Origin: a virus
Reading direction: 5' to 3' (one strand)
Length of the DNA stretch: 64,000 bases
IMG/VR virus record: IMGVR_UViG_3300045391_005035
The stretch's first letter is position 1, and every line of letters starts with the position of its first letter. Below are positions 25,594-32,989 of the stretch, one piece after another. Both the position numbers and the translations under genes were made by a program. Below the pieces are notes generated by a model. That model was not told the DNA's origin and did not search any database. It saw nothing but the letters and a program-made list of their open reading frames with translations.

Positions 25594-25665
25594 GCACTCG
25601 TCGTCCAACGGATAGGGCACGCGGCTACGAACCGCGGAATGAGAGTTCGATTCCCTCCGAGTGCG
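25594..25665 (+). tRNA. tRNA-Arg(ACG)
   Basis: CT-ACG-AA. Confidence 0.9.
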
Positions 25666-25671
25666 TGCGTT

Positions 25672-25742
25672 GCTCTCGATGCCCGAAGGAAGGGCACCGG
25701 CCTCCGAAGCCGGCAATGCAGGTTCGAGTCCTGCCGAGAGCG
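25672..25742 (+). tRNA. tRNA-Arg(CCG)
   Basis: CT-CCG-AA. Confidence 0.92.
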
Positions 25743-25815
25743 TGCGGGGTAGTGTAAAGCTGCACGAGGCGCTCATAACGCCTAGGACCGTGTGCGATTC
25801 CGGCGACCGCAACCA
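25743..25815 (+). tRNA. tRNA-Met/Ile2(CAT), degenerate, with encoded CCA
   Basis: AGGCG-CTCATAA-CGCCT; weak T and acceptor stems; ends ACCA. Confidence 0.7.
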
Positions 25816-25816
25816 A

Positions 25817-25888
25817 CGCGACGTACCTGACGGTCAGGCATGCCTCTCATACGGGCAGCAGAAGGCGGTTCGACTCCGTCCGTCGCGA
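25817..25888 (+). tRNA. tRNA-Met/Ile2(CAT)
   Basis: CGCGACG/CGTCGCG, CT-CAT-AC. Confidence 0.85.
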
Positions 25889-25892
25889 TCAT

Positions 25893-25966
25893 CTGGGTGT
25901 AGTTCAGTCTGGAAGAACGCGTGCTCGGGGAGCACGAGGCCGCCGGATCGAAGCCGGCCACCCAGA
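25893..25966 (+). tRNA. tRNA-Pro(GGG)
   Basis: TC-GGG-GA (C33); T loop ATCGAAG. Confidence 0.85.
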
Positions 25967-25973
25967 TCAGATC

Positions 25974-26081
25974 TTCTGGCCGCAGTTATGGCTGCGGATC
26001 ATGCACGGGCGAGCCTGGCGGCGTCCGTGGGAAGAAACGTGCGCGGCTGATTTGGGCAGCTCGGGCATGGTCCGCCAGGAA
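25974..26081 (+). ncRNA. multi-stem spacer RNA with alternative or pseudoknot pairing (unclassified)
   Basis: TTCTGGC/GCCAGGA, CCGCAGT/GCTGCGG, CACGGGCG/CGTCCGTG, loop CCTGGCGG complementary to 3' CCGCCAGG. Confidence 0.5.
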
Positions 26082-26086
26082 ATCTT

Positions 26087-26159
26087 CGGGGTGTAGTTCA
26101 GCGGCTAGAACGCTCCGTTCGGGACGGAGAGGCCGGCGGTTCGAGTCCGCCTACCCCGA
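26087..26159 (+). tRNA. tRNA-Pro(CGG)
   Basis: C1-G72, TT-CGG-GA. Confidence 0.92.
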
Positions 26160-26161
26160 TC

Positions 26162-26238
26162 GATCGTCAGGCAGCGGAGACGGTGGCGGAGCGGCGTGGC
26201 CCTGCCGTTCATCGGCTTCGTCGTGCCTCCTGGCGATC
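26162..26238 (+). ncRNA. long imperfect hairpin spacer RNA
   Basis: GATCGTCAGG/CCTGGCGATC, GCGGAG/CTTCGT, GAGCGGCG/TGCCGTTC. Confidence 0.45.
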
Positions 26239-26244
26239 ACTTAC

Positions 26245-26319
26245 GCACGACGAGCCAGCTGGATGACGGCAGCGGTATCACAAGCCGCGAAGTGCTGGGT
26301 TCGATCCCCAGGTCGTGCA
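26245..26319 (+). tRNA. tRNA-Val(CAC)
   Basis: GCACGAC/GTCGTGC, AT-CAC-AA. Confidence 0.88.
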
Positions 26320-26326
26320 TGTTCGA

Positions 26327-26400
26327 GCCGACGTACCCCAACTGGCAGAGGGAGCCGCCTCAGAAGCGGTCAAGTGGTGGTTCAAATCCACTCGTCGGTA
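26327..26400 (+). tRNA. tRNA-Leu(CAG), short variable region
   Basis: CT-CAG-AA, 5-nt V region, A73. Confidence 0.88.
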
Positions 26401-26408
26401 TGTGTCTC

Positions 26409-26483
26409 GCGCGAGTACCCCAACTTGGCAGAGGGAGCGGACTAAGAATCCGTCCAGTGTCGGTTCAAATCCGACCTCGCGCA
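26409..26483 (+). tRNA. tRNA-Leu(AAG), short variable region
   Basis: CT-AAG-AA, 5-nt V region. Confidence 0.88.
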
Positions 26484-26501
26484 TGGTACTGATCTGCGAA
26501 C

Positions 26502-26575
26502 GCGGACGTAGCCCAATAGGCAGAGGCGGCGGATTCAAAATCCGTTCAGTGTCGGTTCGACTCCGACGGTCCGCA
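26502..26575 (+). tRNA. tRNA-Leu(CAA), short variable region
   Basis: TT-CAA-AA, 5-nt V region. Confidence 0.88.
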
Positions 26576-26594
26576 CAACCTCACGGAGTGCCCC

Positions 26595-27104
26595 ATGCAA
26601 CGCGTTCTCGTCCTCGATGCTCACTACCAACCAAGCCAAGTCGTCACCTGGGAGCGCGCGATCTGCCTCCTCTACGACGGCAAGGCCGAGACCGTCGAGG
26701 AGACCGACGAAGTGATCCGCTCGCCGTCCGTGTCGATGCGCATGCCGAGCATCATTCGCATGACGCGTAGGCCGCGCTCGCGGAAGGTGTCGATCAAGTT
26801 CTCGCGGGCGAACATGCTGCTGCGCGACCAGCACACCTGCCAGTATTGCGGCAACGTGTTCGAGCCGAAGGAGCTGAACTACGACCACGTGACGCCCCGC
26901 TCGCGCGGCGGCAGCACGCACTGGGAGAACATCGTGATGTCGTGCTTCGAGTGCAACGCTCGCAAGGGTGACCGCACGCCGGAGCAGGCGAAGATGCCGC
27001 TGCTGAAGCAACCTCGGAAGCCGACGTGGCTGCCGGTGGTGCCCAAGAAGTTCGATCTTCGGACCGTTCCGGAGGCGTGGCGGCCCTACTTCAAGGCCGC
27101 GTGA
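26595..27104 (+). CDS. HNH endonuclease (McrA/HNH_5 type) in the tRNA array
   Basis: VLVLD..Y.P, LRDQHTCQYCG, DHVTPRSRGG..HWENIV.SC..CN..KG. Confidence 0.92.
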   Translation: MQRVLVLDAHYQPSQVVTWERAICLLYDGKAETVEETDEVIRSPSVSMRMPSIIRMTRRPRSRKVSIKFSRANMLLRDQHTCQYCGNVFEPKELNYDHVTPRSRGGSTHWENIVMSCFECNARKGDRTPEQAKMPLLKQPRKPTWLPVVPKKFDLRTVPEAWRPYFKAA

Positions 27105-27110
27105 TCGAGA

Positions 27111-27195
27111 GGAAGCTGAACCGGTCGGGCGACCGGGCCCGTGTGCTACACGGTGTCGCTGCTTCGGCAGTTGGGATCGAGACCTACGGCTTCCG
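27111..27195 (+). tRNA. tRNA-Ser(GCT), 8/4 fold, 6-bp D stem
   Basis: GGAAGCTG/CGGCTTCC, CCGGTC-GGGC-GACCGG, GT-GCT-AC, TGGG/CCTA T stem, long V arm. Confidence 0.85.
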
Positions 27196-27201
27196 TTCTT
27201 T

Positions 27202-27284
27202 GGAAGGTGAACTCGCAGTGGTGCGAGACCGGTCTCGAAAACCGGCGGTGCTTCGGCACAGGCGTTCGACTCGTCCTCCTTCCT
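27202..27284 (+). tRNA. tRNA-Ser(CGA), 8/4 fold, 6-bp D stem
   Basis: GGAAGGTG/CTCCTTCC, CTCGCA-GTGG-TGCGAG, CT-CGA-AA, GGCG/CGTC T stem. Confidence 0.85.
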
Positions 27285-27287
27285 CTT

Positions 27288-27361
27288 GTCGGTGTCCTCT
27301 AGTGGCCCAGGAGACGCGGTTCTCACCCGCGCAACGGCGAGTTCGATTCTCCCCACCGACG
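27288..27361 (+). tRNA. tRNA-Glu(CTC)
   Basis: TT-CTC-AC, G73. Confidence 0.88.
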
Positions 27362-27367
27362 TGATCT

Positions 27368-27439
27368 GCCTCCGAAGCGTAGAAAGCGACGCGCCCCGCT
27401 CGTATCGGGGAGAGCCCGGCGCAAGTCCGGGTGGAGGCT
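27368..27439 (+). tRNA. tRNA-Thr(CGT)
   Basis: CT-CGT-AT; T loop CGCAAGT. Confidence 0.85.
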
Positions 27440-27443
27440 CTTC

Positions 27444-27515
27444 GCCCGCGAAACGTAGATAGCGACGCGCCGGCCTTGTAAGTCGGAGAGGTGGATGCGA
27501 GCGCCACCGCGGGCT
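27444..27515 (+). tRNA. tRNA-Thr(TGT)
   Basis: CT-TGT-AA; non-canonical T loop TGCGAGC. Confidence 0.82.
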
Positions 27516-27519
27516 TCAC

Positions 27520-27590
27520 GCAGCGTTCGGCTTCTGGGAGGCCCTGGGTTTTTCACGCCCATGAGGCGGGTTCGATCCCCGCACGCTGCA
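27520..27590 (+). tRNA. tRNA-Glu(TTC)
   Basis: TT-TTC-AC. Confidence 0.88.
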
Positions 27591-27662
27591 TCGGGGATCG
27601 TCTAACAGGAAGGACGCCGGCCTTTGGCACCGGAGATGCGGGTTCGACGCCCGAGCCCCGAA
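27591..27662 (+). tRNA. tRNA-Gln(TTG)
   Basis: U1-A72, CT-TTG-GC; some stem mismatches. Confidence 0.8.
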
Positions 27663-27679
27663 CTTGTACGCTCGTCCGT

Positions 27680-28168
27680 ATGCTCCGCGTCCTCGCCATC
27701 ATCCTCTCAGTTGCTGTCGCGACGCTTCCGGCCCGCGTCGTCGCTCAGCCGCCAGCGGCGCCCGCCGATCAGTTCCAGCTCCCAGAGCCGGGCGACATCC
27801 TGCCGCTGCGTCGCGGGCAATCCGCTCCGCAGGACGGGCTGCTGATCGATGCGCACGATCTGCTGAGCATCCAGCAGGAGTACGAGCGCATGCGCTTCCA
27901 GCTCGGGCTCGTCGAAAGGCGTGACACCGAGGTCTGCGACGTGCGCGTGCAGGTCGAGCACGCTCGCACGGCCGCCGCAGAGGAACGGTTGTCCCTGCAC
28001 GACGAGTTGTGGACCGCTCGGCAGACCGAGCTACTCGCGACGATCGAGCAGGCGCGTCAGCAGGCGCGGCACGCGGCGGAGCGTGGGTTCTTCGACGAGC
28101 CCGCGGTGTGGTTCGCGATCGGCATCATCGTCGCGTCTGTAGCCTTCGTCGCGGTGAGCGTGCGATGA
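27680..28168 (+). CDS. signal peptide, coiled coil and C-terminal TM protein (spanin-like candidate)
   Basis: MLRVLAIILSVAVA..., AVWFAIGIIVASVAFVAV; TACGCT-7 nt-ATG. Confidence 0.65.
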   Translation: MLRVLAIILSVAVATLPARVVAQPPAAPADQFQLPEPGDILPLRRGQSAPQDGLLIDAHDLLSIQQEYERMRFQLGLVERRDTEVCDVRVQVEHARTAAAEERLSLHDELWTARQTELLATIEQARQQARHAAERGFFDEPAVWFAIGIIVASVAFVAVSVR

Positions 28169-28428
28169 GCAGCGAAAAGCAGATCAAGTCGCGCGCGGGC
28201 TACGTCCAGGTCGAGGGCTTCGAGGACGCCCACCAGGGCTACTTCTGCGGCACGTGCCGCCAGCTCGCCTACGGCGACACCGGCATGGGCAAGGGCGACG
28301 GCAGAGACGGTTACTGCATGGGGCTCGAAGTGCCGATCCGCACGTACGGCTGCTGCAACAACTGGAAGCTCGCGCCGGACAGCCAAGTGCGTGGCGCGAA
28401 CGGCGCTCGCCTGCGGGTGCTCCGGTGA
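28165..28428 (+). CDS. small Cys-rich protein
   Basis: CGTC, YC, GCC..W. Confidence 0.65.
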   Translation: MSSEKQIKSRAGYVQVEGFEDAHQGYFCGTCRQLAYGDTGMGKGDGRDGYCMGLEVPIRTYGCCNNWKLAPDSQVRGANGARLRVLR

Positions 28429-28964
28429 GCGTCGCGCGCAGGATCTTGCTCGGGCTCGTCTGCTTGCCGTGGAACCTCGTGGTTGCGTGGCCGTGGACGC
28501 TCTTCGTGCGCCTCTTCTGGGGCACCAGCCTCCTCTGGGAGATCGCGCCGACCTCAGGCGGTCTCTGGGCTCTGACGGTCGATCTGCGCGAGGACTCATG
28601 GTTCAACCGTAAGTGGGGCAGCGCCTGGGCCGGGACGACGCTCGGACACTCCATCGTCTACGGAGCGGGCCGCCGTGTCCCAGGGGCAGCGTGGTCGCCG
28701 ATACAGGCGCATGAACACGACCACGTCGAGCAGTTCGAGGGTTCGATGGCCGTGCACGCGCTACTCGGGTTGCTGATCGGCACCCTCAGCGCCGTCGTCG
28801 ATTTCGCGTGGGCGATCGGCCTCGCCGTGTGGTTCCTCGGGTACCTCGTGTTCCTCGGCGGCGGATGGCTCGGCGCCATCCTGCGCGGCGAGAACGCCTA
28901 CGCCGGAAGTGCGCACGAGGAGGCTGCGGTGGCGGAGACGAAGGCAGAGTTCTCCGATGCGTAA
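28425..28964 (+). CDS. membrane protein with HExxH-like motif
   Basis: TTLGH, HEHDHVEQ, HEEAA, TM segments. Confidence 0.6.
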   Translation: MSVARRILLGLVCLPWNLVVAWPWTLFVRLFWGTSLLWEIAPTSGGLWALTVDLREDSWFNRKWGSAWAGTTLGHSIVYGAGRRVPGAAWSPIQAHEHDHVEQFEGSMAVHALLGLLIGTLSAVVDFAWAIGLAVWFLGYLVFLGGGWLGAILRGENAYAGSAHEEAAVAETKAEFSDA

Positions 28965-29304
28965 GACGGTCCTCATCACGCCGTCCGGTGAGACACACCA
29001 CCTGCTGGTGCCGGAGACGGAAGCCGAGATGCAGCACGGCGCGAACGGAGGGCTGCCGCCTCCGTACACCGGCATCGTCTTCAACTTCGTGCCGCCGAAG
29101 ATCGCGACGATGACGATGGAGAAGACGCCGATGGCGCTCCAGATCGCGTTCGTCAGCCCAGACCGCGTCGTGCACTACGTCGTCGACGCCAAGGCGCGCA
29201 GCGGTCTCTACACGAGCCATCTGCCGTCTCGATGGGTCATCGAGACCTTCGGTGCACACCACGCGCTACGCGTCGGCGACCGCATTCGCTTCACGCGAAC
29301 GTAG
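28957..29304 (+). CDS. DUF192-like protein
   Basis: MEKTPMALQIAFV, WVIET, LRVGDRI. Confidence 0.7.
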   Translation: MRKTVLITPSGETHHLLVPETEAEMQHGANGGLPPPYTGIVFNFVPPKIATMTMEKTPMALQIAFVSPDRVVHYVVDAKARSGLYTSHLPSRWVIETFGAHHALRVGDRIRFTRT

Positions 29305-29340
29305 TTGCGTGTGTTGCGAGAAGGTGTTACCAACGCGCTC

Positions 29341-29547
29341 ATGAGCGGGGGCCAGCAGGAAGCAGCGAGGGTCGAGAAGGAGCTGCGCAACGTAGCTCGC
29401 GCAGCCGACGTGCTCGCAGCCGCGCTGAGTGACGCGAAAGACGCGGTCTTCCCGATCGACGAAGCGTTCATCGAGGAGGTGAACGAGGCCCTGGCGGCTC
29501 AGGGGCTCGATCTCAAGCTCGTACGGGATGGAAAGGGATCACGATGA
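29341..29547 (+). CDS. hypothetical protein
   Basis: helical ORF, coupled to next gene. Confidence 0.55.
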   Translation: MSGGQQEAARVEKELRNVARAADVLAAALSDAKDAVFPIDEAFIEEVNEALAAQGLDLKLVRDGKGSR

Positions 29548-30494
29548 CGAATGTGCTCTGGCGCCAGTACAAGGAGTTCTCTGGCTGTCTGATCCGTGGG
29601 ACCGACCCGATCATCCCGCAGGACCCGACGAGGCACATGTCGTGCGCCGCGTGGCTTACGGCCGAGGCAGAGGCTCCCAGTTTCGGGTTCGTGCAGAGCT
29701 ACGACGGAGCCGGCATCAGTGCGGGGCTGCTGCACAACATCCTCGTGATGCCGGCGACGATGACGCAGGGCGATCTGGGGCAGCTCGTGCGCCGCATGAT
29801 CGACGCCGTGAACCTCGCGAACAAGTACAGCGGGTTTCCGGTCAGGCACGATCTCGACGTGGAGATCGAGATGAAGGGCTGGGTGCTCGCGAGCGACGGC
29901 AAGTTCCGGTACAGCGCCGAGCACGCGCCTGGCTCGCTCGTCTCTGGCGCGGTGCTCCGAGATTGGGTCGCGCCGCCGAACGGTCACGTGCCACGCTCGG
30001 GTCCGCAGTGGGAGCATGCCGCGAAGATGGCGCTCCTCTTCCACGAGCTGTTCAAGGCACCGTCGGCGCGGAAGGTCCAGGAGGACTTCGCGATCGAATG
30101 GCTCGCACGAGGCAACCGCGAGAGCGAGATGCGCGTCTACCGCACGTTCGGTGGTCAGCCCGATCTGGACTCCGTGATCGCGCTACCGAGGGCGAAGCTG
30201 CCGTCGAGCGTGCACGTGGCGATGTGCGTGTACCACTCGTTCTCAGTGAACAGTCCGCGCGTCGCCATGGACTGCCTCACGCGCGTGACGCAGAACCCGG
30301 CGACCGGCCGTGCCGACGCGCCCGATGCGTTCGCGAAGGCGCTGATTCGCGAGCTGGGCATCCACGGGCGCGATGTGTGGCACGACCAGCCAGGCGACGG
30401 GAACAACCGCTACGATCGCACGCGCGTCGCGCTCTGGGGCCGCGAGGACCTCTTCCCCGGCGGCCACGACCTCATGCCGCGAGACCTCACGTGA
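29544..30494 (+). CDS. hypothetical protein, possible lysozyme-fold hydrolase
   Basis: EAE..SFGFVQSYDGAGISAGLLH resembles lysozyme-like E..YD..SxG motifs (weak). Confidence 0.5.
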   Translation: MTNVLWRQYKEFSGCLIRGTDPIIPQDPTRHMSCAAWLTAEAEAPSFGFVQSYDGAGISAGLLHNILVMPATMTQGDLGQLVRRMIDAVNLANKYSGFPVRHDLDVEIEMKGWVLASDGKFRYSAEHAPGSLVSGAVLRDWVAPPNGHVPRSGPQWEHAAKMALLFHELFKAPSARKVQEDFAIEWLARGNRESEMRVYRTFGGQPDLDSVIALPRAKLPSSVHVAMCVYHSFSVNSPRVAMDCLTRVTQNPATGRADAPDAFAKALIRELGIHGRDVWHDQPGDGNNRYDRTRVALWGREDLFPGGHDLMPRDLT

Positions 30495-30715
30495 CCGTCG
30501 CCGAGCTGATCGCGAAGCTCCAACGGGCGCCGCAGGACCTGCCGGTCGTCATCTGTTGCGATCGCGACGGGAACAAGCATCTCGCGCTCGTAGGAGCCGA
30601 CGACGACCTGTACTGGAGAGCGGCGAAGGACATCGACGACCAGCTCAACGGCGACGGCGAGATCGACGAGGACGAATACCGCGGCGGCGTCAAGTGCGTG
30701 GTGCTCTGGCCGTGA
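30491..30715 (+). CDS. hypothetical protein
   Basis: TVAELIAKLQ..P.D..V, a common phage-type start. Confidence 0.65.
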   Translation: MTVAELIAKLQRAPQDLPVVICCDRDGNKHLALVGADDDLYWRAAKDIDDQLNGDGEIDEDEYRGGVKCVVLWP

Positions 30716-30837
30716 GTACCTTCCGCATGCGCGTGGTCGAGGGGATACGAGAAGCGGACCAGGCGTTCGGTGATCGCCAGTTCGCGTTCGTGATGATCGG
30801 CAGCAAGCGCCGCGTCCTATGGAAGTGGATCACATGA
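30712..30837 (+). CDS. small hypothetical
   Basis: overlaps at both ends. Confidence 0.45.
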   Translation: MSTFRMRVVEGIREADQAFGDRQFAFVMIGSKRRVLWKWIT

Positions 30838-31139
30838 ACCCGTTGCAGCTCCCACCGCTACTGACCGGCTACCTTCTCGGCAAGCACGTCGAGCTGCGCT
30901 TTCACGACGGCCGCATCAAAAGGGGCGTCGTCGTGCGGCTCAAGCTCGTGCAGCCGCGTGGCCTCACGCTGACCGAAGAGCGGGGAAGCGACTACGACGA
31001 GACGATCGGCTGCTGGCTGCCTCGACGTCCTCGCGAGGAGGACACGTATGACGTCTCGGACATCGAGACCATCATGGTCGTCGATCGCAACGAAACGCTC
31101 GTGCCGGACGAGTCCAGTCTCGGGAAGAAGTGGACATGA
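30834..31139 (+). CDS. hypothetical protein
   Basis: coupled. Confidence 0.6.
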   Translation: MNPLQLPPLLTGYLLGKHVELRFHDGRIKRGVVVRLKLVQPRGLTLTEERGSDYDETIGCWLPRRPREEDTYDVSDIETIMVVDRNETLVPDESSLGKKWT

Positions 31140-31146
31140 TCGCGTC

Positions 31147-31350
31147 ATGACGAAGTGGTCCGACAAGATCGACGGCGTCGTCACTGTCTCGATCGACGAG
31201 GACTACGTCACGCTCAGCGTCCACGGCCGCATGGTGGCAGCGACGCCCGATGCCGCTCGCGAGATCGCACGCAACCTGTTGCGTAAGGCTGACGAGATCG
31301 AGGCGCGGACTTGCGGGAAGCGCCAGCGACACCTGCGGCGCGTGAAGTGA
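31147..31350 (+). CDS. hypothetical protein
   Basis: in-operon ORF. Confidence 0.55.
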   Translation: MTKWSDKIDGVVTVSIDEDYVTLSVHGRMVAATPDAAREIARNLLRKADEIEARTCGKRQRHLRRVK

Positions 31351-31354
31351 GCGA

Positions 31355-31819
31355 CTAGCGTCGGCCGAGCACGAAGGCGCCGCCGAAGATGGCGATCGTC
31401 AGTGCCCCCGCCGCCCACGGAACCCAGCGCGGCAGGCTGCCCGCGGCTGGCGTCGAGTCGATCACCATCTCTGGAGGCGGAAGCGCCGCGCTCGCCTTGG
31501 CGTCCGGCGCCGGCGTCGTGGTGGCCGGCGCGGAGAACCGCGTCGCGAGGATGGCGTTGAGAAGGACGGTGGGGATCGAAAGGCCGCCACCGCTCGTGCG
31601 GCTGATGCCCGTCGATGGTGCACTGTGCGAGGTGGCCCACGAGCGGATCGCCGCGAGCGTTGCGCTCGTGTCGCTGCTGATGATGCCGTCGGCGGTGCTG
31701 ATGTGCAGTACACCCTGCTGCATCAGGATCGACTGGAGGCGCACGATCAGCGCGCTCCCCGGAGGCAACTGCGTCAGCGCGACGGCGGTCGACGTCTGGC
31801 CGAGGCCGGCGTAGCTCAC
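31355..31819 (-). CDS. MSYAGLGQ-family protein with PG-binding-like region and C-terminal TM
   Basis: GTGA start; VRLQSIL..QG....ADG...T.AAIRSW; WVPWAAGALTIAIFGGAFVLGRR. Confidence 0.7.
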   Translation of the reverse strand: MSYAGLGQTSTAVALTQLPPGSALIVRLQSILMQQGVLHISTADGIISSDTSATLAAIRSWATSHSAPSTGISRTSGGGLSIPTVLLNAILATRFSAPATTTPAPDAKASAALPPPEMVIDSTPAAGSLPRWVPWAAGALTIAIFGGAFVLGRR

Positions 31820-32070
31820 CGACGGCCCCGACGACGGCGGTTCAGCGCGAGGCCGGTCCGCTGCGCATGCTTGCCGATGAAGTAACCGAGGATCAGGCCG
31901 GTCGCCCCGGCACCCGCGATGCCGAGACCCGCCGCGAGCGAGGTGACGGCCGTCGCGACCTGGCCGAGACCGGCCATCGGCATCGGGGGAGCCTGGCAGC
32001 CACAGCCGAGGCCGTCGCCTCCCATCAGGGGGTAGCGTGTCGATCGCATGGCAGAGACGGGCGCGTACAT
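31816..32070 (-). CDS. GLGQ-family small TM protein
   Basis: TACCAT-7 nt-ATG; MYAP...GDGLGC...MAGLGQ, TM, ALNRRRRGRR. Confidence 0.7.
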   Translation of the reverse strand: MYAPVSAMRSTRYPLMGGDGLGCGCQAPPMPMAGLGQVATAVTSLAAGLGIAGAGATGLILGYFIGKHAQRTGLALNRRRRGRR

Positions 32071-32116
32071 GTGCCACATGGTACCTGGCGATCCGCCTGG
32101 ATGCTAGCCTCGGGGA

Positions 32117-32989
32117 GTGCATCCTCTCGCGAAGGCGGCTCTCGGTGCGGCGGCGGCGGCGTATGCGAACCACGCGCTCGTGAAGCCCACGCAGATCGCA
32201 AAAATCGCGCGGTCGTTCGCGACGCGCGTGGGCAAGCCGATGCTCTCGATCATCCCGCCGGCGGGAACGACGCTGAAGTCGGTGTTCATGAGCCCGCTCG
32301 CGATCGGCGACATGAACCTGCACCCGAAGGCGCGGCAACGCGCGTCCGGTCCCGGGCAGATTGGGTTCTGCGTTCCGCACCAGCTCCCCGTCGCATCGCG
32401 GGCGTTCGCGAGCGTCTTCTCGTGCGACACGCTCGAACACCTCGATCGTCCCGACCTCGCGCTGCTCGAATGGCATCGTGTCGCCGACCGCGTGTTCCTG
32501 GTGGTGCCGCCGTGGTGGACGCCGGAGGCATGGCTGAGTAAGTGGTACATCGACCCCGAGCTTCGGAAAGCGTGGCCGGTCTGGGCGAGGCAGAGCCGCA
32601 CGATCTGGTTGCCGACCGAGCAGCCGCGTGCGTATGCTGCGGGAACATGTCAGACACCTCCGAGGACACAGAGCCCGCTGCCGTCGACTCCGATGGGTCG
32701 ACAGAGCGTCCAGAGTCCGACCGTCCAGAGCCCGAGCGCACCGCAGGAGGCGCCTGGGCCCGCCTCGAACGCATCGGCTCAGGCCTCGGTCATGTCGCTA
32801 CCGATCGTGAACCTCCTCCCACCGACAACGCCGACAGCGACGGAGGAGAGCGAGGACTACACGATGACGGAGGAGTCGTCGTCGGAGAGCCCAACCGACC
32901 AGCCCTACATGCCGCCCGCGGGTTCTCCATCGTCCACGTCGGTCTCGTCGATGATGATCGTGAGTGGACCCGATCACGAGAGCGACTGA
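32117..32989 (+). CDS. methyltransferase-11-like protein (degenerate SAM motif I)
   Basis: FASVFSCDTLEHLDRPDLALLEWHRVA; 3' third overlaps 32647..33243. Confidence 0.6.
   Translation: MHPLAKAALGAAAAAYANHALVKPTQIAKIARSFATRVGKPMLSIIPPAGTTLKSVFMSPLAIGDMNLHPKARQRASGPGQIGFCVPHQLPVASRAFASVFSCDTLEHLDRPDLALLEWHRVADRVFLVVPPWWTPEAWLSKWYIDPELRKAWPVWARQSRTIWLPTEQPRAYAAGTCQTPPRTQSPLPSTPMGRQSVQSPTVQSPSAPQEAPGPASNASAQASVMSLPIVNLLPPTTPTATEESEDYTMTEESSSESPTDQPYMPPAGSPSSTSVSSMMIVSGPDHESD

Noticed and set aside
26064-26073. GGCATGGTCC identical to part of the HDV ribozyme
   Set aside because: A 10-nt match in the wrong structural context; the double-pseudoknot order could not be built.
27111-27284. tRNA-Sec / selenocysteine system
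   Set aside because: Anticodons are GCT and CGA, not TCA; no selA/selB/selD is seen.
23050-27680. ORF-track ORFs over the tRNA array other than the two HNH genes
   Set aside because: They translate tRNA sequence, with no motifs or codon bias.
29309-29324. GTGTGTTGCGAGAAGG as a full member of the operator-promoter class
   Set aside because: Similar core but no adjacent -35 in either direction; kept only as a weak variant.
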